A DNA stretch of 60,782 nt, filler included, from Diploschistes diacapsis (taxonomy: Eukaryota): NCBI GenBank assembly GCA_023645945.1. It is 8 parts of 8 records of this genome, joined end to end, with 100 filler letters (N's around TTAATTAATTAA, not from the genome) between each part and the next. Parts side by side here need not be neighbours in the genome. Positions count along the whole stretch, not along the records: positions 32,150 to 36,857 come from JALAIB010001666.1; positions 36,958 to 41,655 come from JALAIB010001667.1; positions 41,756 to 46,451 come from JALAIB010001668.1; 5 more parts are not named here. The stretch is one strand, 5' to 3'. How positions within the stretch are numbered: position 1 is the first letter of the stretch; the number at the start of each line of letters is the position of its first letter. This document shows positions 35,278-46,551 of the stretch, in pieces. A model generated the notes under the pieces. That model was not told the origin of the DNA, ran no database searches, and saw only the letters and a list, made by a program, of their open reading frames with translations. Made by a program: the position numbers and the translations under genes.

Positions 35278-36589
35278 ACGTGTTTCACGGGGATTCCGGC
35301 CACCCCTAGATTCCGGCCACTTTTGCCAAGAAATAGTTTAAATCTTTAATAATTCTTCGAAATTAATCGTTATTTTTATTTTCAAAATATTACTTTTCAA
35401 TTAATTATGTATCATATATAAAAAGTAAACATTGATTACGTCATCAGTTATTTTTTTAAGCGAATTAAAAATAACGACTTGGAAAAGCGGATTTTCGAAT
35501 CTTTTAAAATCAGCTTTAACCAAGAAAATGATATTGTTTTAAATGAACTATTATAAGCGATTCTATGCGTAGATTTCATTAAACCTATAAAAACAATATT
35601 TTTTCCACGTTATACAGTCGTTGTGTGGCTTTATTATTCAAAATCCGAAATATTTTAAATAATTTGGCCATACAACGGCTAGTTTTCGCTTAATCTAAGT
35701 TTTCTAAAATGACTGAAAAGTGATGAAAAAGGTCACACAACGACAGTATAACGTCAAAAAAAAGCTTTTCTTATATTTTTAATGAAATCTACGCAAGGAT
35801 CCCCTTATAATAGTTCATTTAAATAAAATATTCTTTCCTTGGTTAAGCTGATTTTAAAAGATTCGAAAGTTCGCTTTTCCAAGTCGTTATTTTTAATTCG
35901 CTTAAAAAAACTAATTGATGACGCAATCAATGTGCACTTTTTATATATGATAGATAATTGATTGAAAAGTAATATTATAAAAAAAATTTAACGATTAATT
36001 TCGAAGAATCATGGAAGATTTAAACTATTTCTTGGCAAAAGTGGCCAGAATCTGGGGGTGGCCGGACTCACCGTCAAACACGTTATAAAAAACAATATTT
36101 TTTTCCACGTTATACAGTCGTTGTGTGGCTTTATTCTTCAAAATCCGAAAGATTTTAAATAATTTGGCCATACAACGGCTAGTTTTCGCTTAATCTAAAT
36201 TTTCTAAAATGACTGAAAAATGATGAATAAGGCCACACAACGACAGTATAGCGTCAAAAAAATGCTGTTTTGATATTTTTAATGAAATCTACGCATAGAA
36301 CCGCTTATAATAGTTCAATTAAATAAAATATTTTTTGCTTGCTTAAAGCAGATTTTAAAAGATTCAAAAGTCCACTTTTTCGAGTTGTTATTTTTAATTC
36401 GCTTAAAAAAATTACTGATGCCGTAATCAATGTGCACTTTTTATATATGATAGATAATTGATTGATAAGTAGTATTTTGAAGAAAAAATTAAAATAACCA
36501 TTAATTTCGAAGAATTATTGAAGATTTAAACTATTTCTTGGCAAAAGTGGCCGGAATCTGGGGGTGGCCGGAATCCCCGTGAAACACGT
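35278..36589. mobile_element. Foldback-type non-autonomous Fot1/pogo element with about 360-bp inverted arms and a duplicated right half
   Basis: TA|ACGTGTTTCACGGGGATTCCGGCCAC...GTGGCCGGAATCCCCGTGAAACACGT|TA. An additional internal right end sits at 36083, and 36084-36589 repeats 35586-36083. No ORF. Confidence 0.92.
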
Positions 36590-36816
36590 TAATATAATAT
36601 CCGTGTTAATATTAATATTTTAAATTTTATAATTACGGTATCCGTGTCCATGAATTTACGAAAATATAATATCTTCGAACGCCCCTACAGGAATACTACA
36701 CAACCAGGGGCTAGGCCTAATCTGGAAGGATCACGTGTAGCTGCAATCTGTAGGCTGAATGGTTCAGATTCGAAAAGGTGAAGAACTAACTAGGTGGGCA
36801 GTAGCGAGGTATAAAT

Positions 36817-36857
36817 TAGGCTGGCCGTCACTGACACTAACACGGCCGTGTCAGTGA
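36817..36857 (-). mobile_element. hAT element terminus (B end); truncated by contig end
   Basis: TAGGCTGGCCGTCACTGACACTAACACGGCCGTGTCAGTG matches the reverse complement of the right end of the 34891 mini-element. Confidence 0.85.
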
Positions 36858-39290
36858 NNNNNNNNNNNNNNNNNNNNNNNNNNNNNNNNNNNNNNNNNNN
36901 NTTAATTAATTAANNNNNNNNNNNNNNNNNNNNNNNNNNNNNNNNNNNNNNNNNNNNGGGTGGGGAGGGGGAGCATTGTGCTTTGGTGAAGGAATTCGGG
37001 ACCGGTGTGGATGGTGGAGCGAGGTTTGACGAGGAGGTGAAAGTGGGGTGAAGTGAAGGAGATGGGGGTTGGAAAGAGGGGTCTGGAATGCGGGGAAGTG
37101 GATTGTTTGTTTGGCTTGATTTGATAGAGAGTAATTATGTCTAGTAAAGAGATAGAGCGGCTCTGGAAAAAAAACCCCAAAACCTGGGAATTGAGGTGAG
37201 TTATGATAGGTACACGGATATCGAGGAAAGAGCAACCCTCGGACATAAAGGTAGGAAGGACACTTGGAAATCAGTGAATCAGAGAACAGATTAACGTGTG
37301 CTCAATGACAGTTTATGAGGTAGGCATTACACAATCAACTCCGGCTGAACAAAAGGTATAGACACATACCAGTATTAAATGTCGCCTAGTTGACGATTAT
37401 CATTAATTTTCTTACTATAGCCCAAATTTAAACATACACAAACCCAATAACAACCTCTGTACCTTTTAGTGCTAGTTCCCGGTTCTAGATATGGTCAAAC
37501 CCTCAGAAAGAGTATGGGGAACACTGCGCGATAAGAAAATGCTCTTAATGGAGGGGGCAAACAACAGGCTTTTCAGGTACTAAGCCTTCTGGACCGATAT
37601 TGAACCAAGTTCTGCCCCTTGGTGCAGGTTGACGGTAGGTGATATCTCGATCCAGTTTCGCCCGTTCTTCATATTATGTTTCAGACCGTTGGAAGATGAA
37701 TATGCTGGCGCCGGGTGTCATGGGTAAGGCGAAGGGACCAGCTGCATAGGTCTTTGATATCAAGCGTCCTTGAGCTCGTGAAAGTCAAGGCTCGCACGAA
37801 GTCCAACGAATAGCGGACTGTAGACCAAATGGCTGCAATGGCTTTGTGATTCATCGAGTGATCTCAAACACAACTCTGTAGTGTTGTCATGAGGCTGAGG
37901 CTTGTGCTGCTGCCCCCAGGGACGAACGTTACCCCTGTACCCAGCTTGTAGTATTCCGCCGCCACACGGGAGAGGGAACGGAAGGAGGGAATGGAAGGCG
38001 GAGAGAGGGAGCAGGTAGGACGACGTGAAAGTTCATGGGTCCAGCGCCGATCGAACTCACACAACACGATATGAAAACAGAGCCGTACAATCAGAAGGCA
38101 TTGTGCATACCGTCAAGGTAAGCGATATCAATCAACATGTGTTTCTCAAAGTTGCAGCACTCTAGTCCGAACAACTCCAGCTTGATGCTCTCGAGTTCTT
38201 TCCATTACAGAGCCACTCAGCAGTCAAAATAACCCAAACATGTCTCTCGCCCACAAAATTTCTCCATCCTCATGTGGCAATGCAAGGTCGAAGGGTAAGT
38301 TCAGAGCGGTAGTAATCATCTTTCTTCCCTCCAGTTTCCCCTCCTGGACTACCCACGGGTAAGCAGCTGCGAAGCTGGAAAGCCAGAGTGAATATGAAGG
38401 GAACAGTCTGGAAAAGAAAACTCTACGAATGCTCTGCCGGTGTTCAGAGTTTTAAGGTTGAGGAAGACGCTAGGCTGGATATAGTATGGTCACTTTAACA
38501 CATTGGCAGGTCTTGGCGTCTTGGCAATGGAATAGAACGAGCATAGATATAGATACTCTTTCCGCTGCGGCAAGTATGTCTCTCATCAAAGCGTTGTTGA
38601 CACTTGACCAACCAATCAATGTCTGCTGACCGCCGACTGGTGTAGTAAATCAGAGATCCAACCACCTTACCTGGATCGAGCAGAGAGATGAATACAGGTA
38701 AGAGGGAATCCCAGGAGACCAAACTCCAGCGATACCTTTCCTCCAATGTAATCATAATTGCGGCTCATTAGAATGTGGTGTGGGCAGCTGCGTATAATAC
38801 AACTTCTTTGCTCGCGCCGATCTTGTGAAAATGAATTTTCCTATAGACTACTGTTGATTTGTGATTCCTCCCGCATGACAATAATAAGAGCCCAGCCTAG
38901 AGAGAGGCATTAAGACGCGCGCATGTGGTTTGGCTAGCCAACGTATCTAATATTTTTCCCCGACAGAATGGGACAGTACGCGAAGAGATGACCCATTTCG
39001 TGGAAATCTTGATTCATGGGGAGAATTGTATTATGCAATGTTACAAAGTGCAAAAAACAAACCATGAAGGAGACATTACAGCGGATCTCCGATCACGTGA
39101 CTCCACCTTGATGCGGACTTGTCTTTTACCAGCAGGATAGTACGGAGATAATATAACTATTACTCTCCTTTCTATCACCACTCATGGTATTCAGTAACGC
39201 GTACGGCCAAAATCCCAGCGACAACGAAAAAACCTGCTCCTTTCTTTCATCGCCTACCTACCTTGCCTCAATCCAGTCATCTTGATTACC

Positions 39291-41129
39291 ATGGCGGATC
39301 TTTCTTTAACGCCGCTTATGTCTCGGGAAAACAGTATTGTCAAACCTATTGATATGGAGTCGGTGCGGAAAGCCCGAGACGTGGTGATGGCGACCACTCC
39401 CGATTCTCTTTATTCCAGCTCACCAGATAAGGGCCAAAGGAGCTTTCAGCAGACCCAGCAGACCACTATGGAAAGGGATCTTTTTGTGCCTGGTGAAACG
39501 ACCCTGGCCCGCTCCGACGAAGAGATATGTCCTCTTAATATTGAGGAGATAAGGACGCTTATGCGGAAGCCCTATAGTGACATCTGGAAGGAAATGAAGG
39601 GCCTACGTCCCACGAACCTGACCAAGGAAATGAAGGGGGCGATCTACCCCGAGGTCAAGAAGCTCCTTAATACGTACTGGAAGGGATACAAGGTCCACAC
39701 TAAAGAGATCGATTTAACATACATTAGTGGCTGGTATGGCAGCACGGAGGGAGGCAAAGTATGGCTTCAGCTCACTACGGATGACTGCAACGGCGTCCTT
39801 CTTAAGCAGATGGCTAAGGACGTTCATAACCTCCTGCAGAAGTGCGGATATCCGAGTATGCACTGTATCATCATGCAGGACGACTACAGCACTAGGACTG
39901 CCGACTACACAATTTCACAGCTGGAAGGCGACGAACTGCAAAAGGCAACCCAACAGCCTGTGAACCCAAACATGGCGCGCTCGACGCTCAACTACGCGCG
40001 CCACTTCTCACTTATTTCCGGCGGCGCCGTTGGCCCCTGCTTCGAGAAGCCGAAGACTATTCAGATGAACAATGTGTGGGAGGGCACTATGGCTGCGTAC
40101 TATACAAACGGTAAACACGCCATTGGCATCAGCAATAGCCACGTCCTCGGAAACCAAGGCGACAAGCAGGGCGAGGAGTACCGCAACTTGGGCCCAAGCA
40201 GTTCCAAGAATAACTACCAAATGCCCGCCAACATAACTTACGACCGTATCCGCCAAGAACTTCCCCAGCACATCGCGGACCTAGAGGCCGAGCTCGCCAC
40301 GGCCCATGAGTACGACGATGACGAACGACGTCGTTTCGAAACCAAGAAGGGCCAGGAGGCACTCGACGAGGCCGTAAACCTCCGGAACAACATTCTTCCC
40401 AAATACAACACCATGTCCCAACGTCGTGTTGGCCATAGCCTCTGGGCATCCGGTCTTACCAATATCGCCACGGAACCCTTCGCTGTGGATGTTGGGGTGC
40501 TATTACTCGATTTGGAAAAAGGCGTAATTCCTCAAAATAAGATGCCCGTTGTCGGAAACTACGCCCCTTCGCAGCTCGCAGGCTTCATGCAGCTCGGCAA
40601 TCACGCAACATACCCAAGGCTTCAATTCACGGAGGTCAATTGGGTGGTTTTCCGCCCTGACCAGTATGTGACAAGGAAGATTATCATGAACCCACCGGCC
40701 AAGTACTTGGATGGCAACAACGACCCGGCCATATCCACTATGAAGACCGGTAGAACTACTGGCAGCACAGCGGCCGTCCTGAACGATGAGACTTCCGAGC
40801 GCTCGCTTCTGCAACCGGACAGCGACCTGACATGGGTAAAAGAGTACACTGCGACCGGGATCATGGGCAAGGATGGCCCCGCATTCTCTGCGGGCGGTGA
40901 CTCTGGCTCTATGTGTATAGTACCCGACGAGGACGGTCGCCCACTAATGCTAGGCCTCGTCACAGGCGGCAGAGGCCACACCTCTAGGACAGACAAGACC
41001 TTCATTTACCCCTGGTTCCATTTCGTCGAAAGCATCATGCCGAAGTTGGTCAAAGAGAAGATCCTGCCGAAAGGACTAAACAATTGGTCAATGAATATGG
41101 AGCAGCTCGCAGTCCCACCTTCGGCCTAA
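39291..41129 (+). CDS. Intronless trypsin-fold (PA clan; Ssy5/NAL1-like) serine protease, 612 aa, no signal peptide
   Basis: Triad motifs ISNSHVL (His 40140-42), AVDVGVL (Asp 40488-90) and FSAGGDSGS (Ser 40902-04), plus KTGRTTGST and LGLVTGG. ATG at 39291 is in a good ACCATGG context. Confidence 0.85.
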   Translation: MADLSLTPLMSRENSIVKPIDMESVRKARDVVMATTPDSLYSSSPDKGQRSFQQTQQTTMERDLFVPGETTLARSDEEICPLNIEEIRTLMRKPYSDIWKEMKGLRPTNLTKEMKGAIYPEVKKLLNTYWKGYKVHTKEIDLTYISGWYGSTEGGKVWLQLTTDDCNGVLLKQMAKDVHNLLQKCGYPSMHCIIMQDDYSTRTADYTISQLEGDELQKATQQPVNPNMARSTLNYARHFSLISGGAVGPCFEKPKTIQMNNVWEGTMAAYYTNGKHAIGISNSHVLGNQGDKQGEEYRNLGPSSSKNNYQMPANITYDRIRQELPQHIADLEAELATAHEYDDDERRRFETKKGQEALDEAVNLRNNILPKYNTMSQRRVGHSLWASGLTNIATEPFAVDVGVLLLDLEKGVIPQNKMPVVGNYAPSQLAGFMQLGNHATYPRLQFTEVNWVVFRPDQYVTRKIIMNPPAKYLDGNNDPAISTMKTGRTTGSTAAVLNDETSERSLLQPDSDLTWVKEYTATGIMGKDGPAFSAGGDSGSMCIVPDEDGRPLMLGLVTGGRGHTSRTDKTFIYPWFHFVESIMPKLVKEKILPKGLNNWSMNMEQLAVPPSA

Positions 41130-41319
41130 CTACAAACGGTGCAGTATGATCCGAGCAGAAAGCCCAGCGATGAAATGGGCCTTGAATTACTGTGCCTTTT
41201 GGGGTCAAACATTTGTCCTGCTGAGCTTTGGAAGCATTGAAAGGGCCATCGTGGCAATAGCAATGATAATAGATTGTAGTTCCTTGTAATTCAAAAAGCA
41301 CATATCGAATCTGGTCCCT

Positions 41320-41655
41320 TACGTATTCGGTAAGATGACTGATCTACAGTTCTCTTTCGTTTAAAACGACCTTCTTAATCTTAATTAAAAAGTCGATCGT
41401 TTAATTTAATAATTTTTACTTATAAGATTATTAAATCTTCGATCTTATCTTAAATACGCATAAATTCGTTTTTAATTAATTCTTTAAAGCCGTTCCGAGA
41501 CATCTTTATCAAGACATCGTCATTCGATTCTATTATTATTAAATATTTTTAAAATTTAATCATATATTTTGAGATTAAGTCTTTTTATGGAATTATTTAG
41601 ATGGCTTATATGGCGTATTTTTTATCATTAACAATATTAAAGATCGGTCTAACTT
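41320..41655. mobile_element. RIP-degraded transposon relic
   Basis: Abrupt switch to very AT-rich, TpA-rich sequence with stop-riddled coding-like frames on the minus strand. Runs to the contig end. Confidence 0.55.
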
Positions 41656-42153
41656 NNNNNNNNNNNNNNNNNNNNNNNNNNNNNNNNNNNNNNNNNNNNT
41701 TAATTAATTAANNNNNNNNNNNNNNNNNNNNNNNNNNNNNNNNNNNNNNNNNNNNGTGTTTGGGAGGGGTGGTAGGTGTGGCTGGATAAACGGTGATGGT
41801 GCCGAAGTAGATGGTCATGGACGACTGCATTTTGGTGAGAGCGTGGCAGTATGGCAAACAAAGTAGATGGCTCGTTTCGGTACGGGCCGTCTTCCAAGAA
41901 ACTCGAGCAAAAACTCGAGCAAAAGTAATAAAAATTACGTACAATGGTGGTTGTCTCCCAACATAATAAACCTCAACCAACATTCACTACCGTGGTATAC
42001 CGGAGCACTTCGACTCCCCAACAAGCAGTCAGCTCCAACAGAGCGGCCGCCGCTAGACAAGAGGCCCCGAGCCCACGATGAACGCCGTCGCTGAACGCAA
42101 ACAACAAGCCAGACCGGAGCCTCTGCTTCGCCCACCGGCCCCCCCTCATCTCC

Positions 42154-43533
42154 TCAATGCCTCGCACTGCTCGCCCTCTGCACCCCCCAGAACCCCGGCT
42201 CCGGGCCCACTTCCAGCCCGCCTACCGCGTTCGAGAACGTACTCACGCCAGAGTCGCTGTGGCAGCTGTCCCTCCGCTCTCGCGCCTCGCCCTCCTCGCA
42301 CCCTCCTGGCCTTGACTGCTCCCTCGCCAACGCCCGCTTCCTCATCTCCATCCTCTCCCGCTGTCTCTTCGTCTCCGCCTCGGAGCTGTACTTGCTCCAA
42401 TCGACGCCCTGCCCCTGCAATGCTGGCGACCGGAGTGCCGCAGACTGTGAGCGGGGAGGAAAGTTTGGGATAGATAATGTAGTTGTGCTGGAATTGGCGG
42501 ACGAGGCGAAGTGCGGCTCTGGACCTTTGAAGCCATAACCGGGCAGGTACAGGTCTGGTTTTGAAGGCGCTTTGCCATCAGATGTCGTGTGCGAGGATTG
42601 TTCACGTGAAGAATGGTGGGCTTGTATGTGCGGAAACGAGCGGTAGGGGATATACTGCCTCTGATTCCCGCTCCCCAAGAACTGCGGTCGACGATCTGGC
42701 GGAGCGTTGTTGCTCGAGGAGACTTGGCAGTCCGAGAGATCCAACAAGCCAACGCCCTGCATAGCTTCTTGGAACAGCGGAGAGAGACGGGGTTCTTCGT
42801 AGTTCGTGGCGTCGGTACGCGGGCCGTGGCGCCGTCGTTGCTGTTCAATCAGGGACATGAACTGCTCGCGGACAGGGGAGAGATCGGAAGAGGAAGGGGC
42901 GGAAGGCTCGCCCTCGGACTCGGTGTAAGGGGGAAGCCATTCGTTCATGCCGTCTTCGGGGCCGGTCGCGTAGTACCCGTAGCCTGGATCCGAGGGGTCG
43001 GCGACGAGCCACATCTGTTCGTCGGCAAGCCAGACCATTTGCATTCCACTTTGAGTGTGGACGGTCTCCGTGTTTGTCGGAAGGGTGAGTTGGGGGACGG
43101 AGGCGGGGTTGCGGCGTTCTTGGAGGGTTTGCGACTGCTGCTGAGGAGGGGGCGATGGTGCTCGCTCGCACGGGTTGACGTAGGCTGACCGTGCAGTTGC
43201 GTATGCCGACGGAGGGCCGGCGAGAGACCCATCTCCAAGTACTGCATCCAGCCTGACCCTCCTCATCCTCTTGAGGATGCACCTGTTCCTGTCCTTTGGA
43301 TCCATCACCATGAAGTCGCAGAATCCTCGCCTTGGCACTCTCGGTAGCGGCTTGTTCGAGCAGGCTTGCGGGATAGGCGAGCTTGCGCGAGCTGTGTTTC
43401 TCGGTGGCCATGTCGTAGCAGACAGTAGTTGATGTCCAGCCGGTGCCGCATAGTCGTTTGTTCGATAGTCTTCGTAATGACCATCGGTTGTCGGAGCACT
43501 CGTAAAGAGAGATAGATCTACCAGGCTACCCAT
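42154..43533 (-). CDS. Hypothetical low-complexity (P/S/Q-rich) protein
   Basis: Long uninterrupted ORF, open from 43677, with a likely ATG at 43533 (MGSLVDLSL). Ordered islands NKPLPRVP, MQMVWLADEQMWLV and LSPLFQEAMQ. Family not recognised. Confidence 0.65.
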   Translation of the reverse strand: MGSLVDLSLFTSAPTTDGHYEDYRTNDYAAPAGHQLLSATTWPPRNTARASSPIPQACSNKPLPRVPRRGFCDFMVMDPKDRNRCILKRMRRVRLDAVLGDGSLAGPPSAYATARSAYVNPCERAPSPPPQQQSQTLQERRNPASVPQLTLPTNTETVHTQSGMQMVWLADEQMWLVADPSDPGYGYYATGPEDGMNEWLPPYTESEGEPSAPSSSDLSPVREQFMSLIEQQRRRHGPRTDATNYEEPRLSPLFQEAMQGVGLLDLSDCQVSSSNNAPPDRRPQFLGSGNQRQYIPYRSFPHIQAHHSSREQSSHTTSDGKAPSKPDLYLPGYGFKGPEPHFASSANSSTTTLSIPNFPPRSQSAALRSPALQGQGVDWSKYSSEAETKRQRERMEMRKRALAREQSRPGGCEEGEARERRDSCHSDSGVSTFSNAVGGLEVGPEPGFWGVQRASSARH

Positions 43534-46500
43534 TTCCCCACTTGTTCTTAAAAGTTTTCTGCCCTCTTGGACGTCTTCTTGAATATCCAAAGGTCCAGGA
43601 AGAAACGTCGATATCGAGGCTTCAATGTGCTGGCACCTAACGACACCGCTCGGTATGTATCTCATATATAACACCAAGCACTAGGAATTATGAGTTTAGA
43701 GATTTATTATCCAATTTAAGAGAGGTTCAAGCGGATGACATGGACTTTGCTGTAAAGTTGTTTGGGGCAGGGTGGATGCTGGCCAGAGAGGTGTGGCAGT
43801 GCTCCGAGGATCGCGAGGCAGGAAGAGGAGCGCTTTTATGGGTCCATGCATATAACCCGAACCGTGCCTTATTGCCGGAAGCACATTCACTGCCTCAACT
43901 ATGGGCAGATAAGGTAAAGTATTAACGCTGTCCTCAGTGGAAGTTGCTTGCGAGGTAGCTTTCCTTCCTCTGGGCCCAAAAAAAAAACCTTCAGCAAAGG
44001 GAAGAAAGGTAAAGAAAAGGAAGATGAAACTTATTGAACCTCAGACTTGGCACGATCCTTTTGATGAGGTTCGTCGTGTCAGTTCAAAAAAGCATGGATC
44101 GAAGAAATAATAGCATAGCAGCGGCGAGCAATTCGCATGCATAATGCAAGTGAGGCTCACGCCCAAGCAAAGTTTGGACCGGGCCCTTAGGGTAAGCCCT
44201 TTACGAAACGAGGAAGCATGTCCGGTCGGTCACGCTCGTACTTCATGCACTTCCTCACTACTGCAAAGTACCACCACTGGGCAGGCCTGGTTGGCACCAA
44301 CCGGTCAGATACCGGGGTATTCCAGGTGAAGCTTCGTGGAGCTTTCGAGAAAGAGAACACGACCAGGTTCGGCCCATCAGCACTCTGTGAAGATTGGTGT
44401 TGTTGTTGTTGCTGCTCCTCCAAGCCCTGTTATAATTAATCAAGAAATTACTCGATCGGGTTTGGAGGTCCTACTGAAAGATTCCATCTCCGATGCCGAA
44501 TAGCAGAGCCAGGTTTTCTTGGCCTCTGGCCTGCAGCAAGTCGCAGCAAAGGGACGACAACTCATGAGTTTTGAAGGAGGATCATCGGGATGATCACTCG
44601 AAGGCTCATGGAGTTCTGGGGAAACCACATCAAGCTCTTAATGGGCCAGTGATGCAGAGGTCGATACGGTAGCTATGTTGGTGGGCTGGTGACCCCTCGC
44701 GGGAGCTCATGGAGGCTATGCCTGTTGCTGCTTAGTGTGCGGAGAGGGGGGGTGGAGAAAGATGCAATGAGGCTGTGTTTCCTGGCTGTGTAGAATACAC
44801 CAACAGCCGGAGATTGGGCAACTTTTTGGGTACATTGTCGATTGCCGAACCACAACAGAATCATGTCTTGATGAGCTCCTTTTCCCCCATAAGCTCTAGT
44901 AAACTGCCGGGTGGGTGGTCTTTCCACTGCCAGACGAAGTTCTCAAGTCTCCAAAGGATTTAACGGTTAACGGGAAGGGCGGGAACCTACCCGCCTTCGA
45001 ACCCTACCTTTCCGCACTCTTCTGCGACTTTGCCCAGCCCAAGACAGGAAGAAAAAAAGAACAAGAGCCAACATCACCACATCCGATATGCACAGAGCAG
45101 TGCGAGCAGCATCTACGTGCGGCAAGATTGCGCAAGGCAAGGCGAGGCGGAGCAAAGCCCACACCGTTCACACCACAGCGCGCAGGCCAGATAAACACGC
45201 AGATAGTCCGAAGACTCTTTCAAAACATGCTGCAGCCTGTCCATAACGAGCTATATATATGTTCATATCCATGTATTCAGGGTATTCGCTAGAACTTGCT
45301 TTTGGCGAGTCCTTGTAGCCTGAGAGGTGCATCTTTCATCCCGAGCATAGCACCCAACAGCACTTGGCATAACCTCCAGCTAGTATAGTCCAACCATCAA
45401 CACGCCTTATTCTCCTTTTGCCCACGGGAGGAGCATATGATAACCAAAGAAGGGCACTACGCGCTAATACTTAGACTTGCCCGAGCACCATCATCATCGT
45501 ACACCCACGGAGATGAAGCAAAAGCTATCCAGCACCGGATAGGTCATGCCGTCAATTCCATAACCGTTGCTCGTACCTAGCACATGTTATGTGGCCCAGT
45601 AGCCATGGAATTTATCGAGTTACTAGCGCGAACTTGCCAGCTGAATCTTGCTGCTGGGCAACATCAAACAAGTAGGTATAGATGCAGTCAGACGGCCCGC
45701 ATCCCCATCCCTTCAGGAGGCCCCCTCCCATCCACCTTCTGAATGGTGTGTATGATAGTGTCGGTAGCCTTCTCTTCTCGTGAGCTTCTCTCTCTCAGAG
45801 CCGTTGATGCATGGATGGGGACTCGAGGTTTACTATTCGGTACGGTATAGACTGTATCTCGCGACGCCGCGACGCGCCCGTATATGTAGAGTGTATCTGT
45901 ACCTGCTGAATGAGACGTCGGCCCAAGCCATACGGAGTAGAGGATGCAGTCGATAGCATCGTTTCGAGTCGTATTCTGTTGTCCTTGTGCCGTCTCTTGC
46001 GACCAAGGATATGTGCTTCAAGTTGGTACAAAAGTACAAAGCATTTTCAGCAGAACCAAGGGAACTGCTATTTTCGGGTAGTGCGAATCAAAGTGTATCC
46101 GGAACAGGCCATATTCCGAGTTTGGAGAGCTGGAGGATGCCGATCCTTGTTTCCGTACAGCAGTCGTCGGGAACTCGAATCGAAAGTTGACAGTCTCAGC
46201 CTGGATCCTGGACCCCAAACAGTTGGCTCTGGATATTCATCCTAGGCATCATCTTGTGTCCAAGGCCTCGAACCCCTCGACATATACCGTTTTGATATCC
46301 AGCGTACCCAGATTCATAAGGAAGGGGCGGGAAAGAAACAAGCCAGGCATCAGCATCGTTCGCAGCCCCAAAGCCATCCGCTCTTATACCCCATAACATA
46401 GCAAACCTCTCTCCCCACCTCCTAGCGGCACATTTCACGAATGATAAACCCNNNNNNNNNNNNNNNNNNNNNNNNNNNNNNNNNNNNNNNNNNNNTTAAT

Positions 46501-46551
46501 TAATTAANNNNNNNNNNNNNNNNNNNNNNNNNNNNNNNNNNNNNNNNNNNN

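Noticed and set aside
32150..36857. Idea that contig 3 is a circle closed through one hAT element
   Set aside because: The 8-bp flanks of the two hAT ends differ (TTTTAAAC vs GTATAAAT), so they are separate insertions.
37400..39200. Search for a divergent partner gene (e.g. a gasdermin or NLR) upstream of the protease
   Set aside because: Only short ORFs under 90 aa, with no recognisable motifs or consistent splice structure.
43900..46451. Long gene-free stretch checked by eye for tRNA, snRNA and rRNA motifs
   Set aside because: No recognisable RNA gene signatures; probably a long promoter or UTR region.
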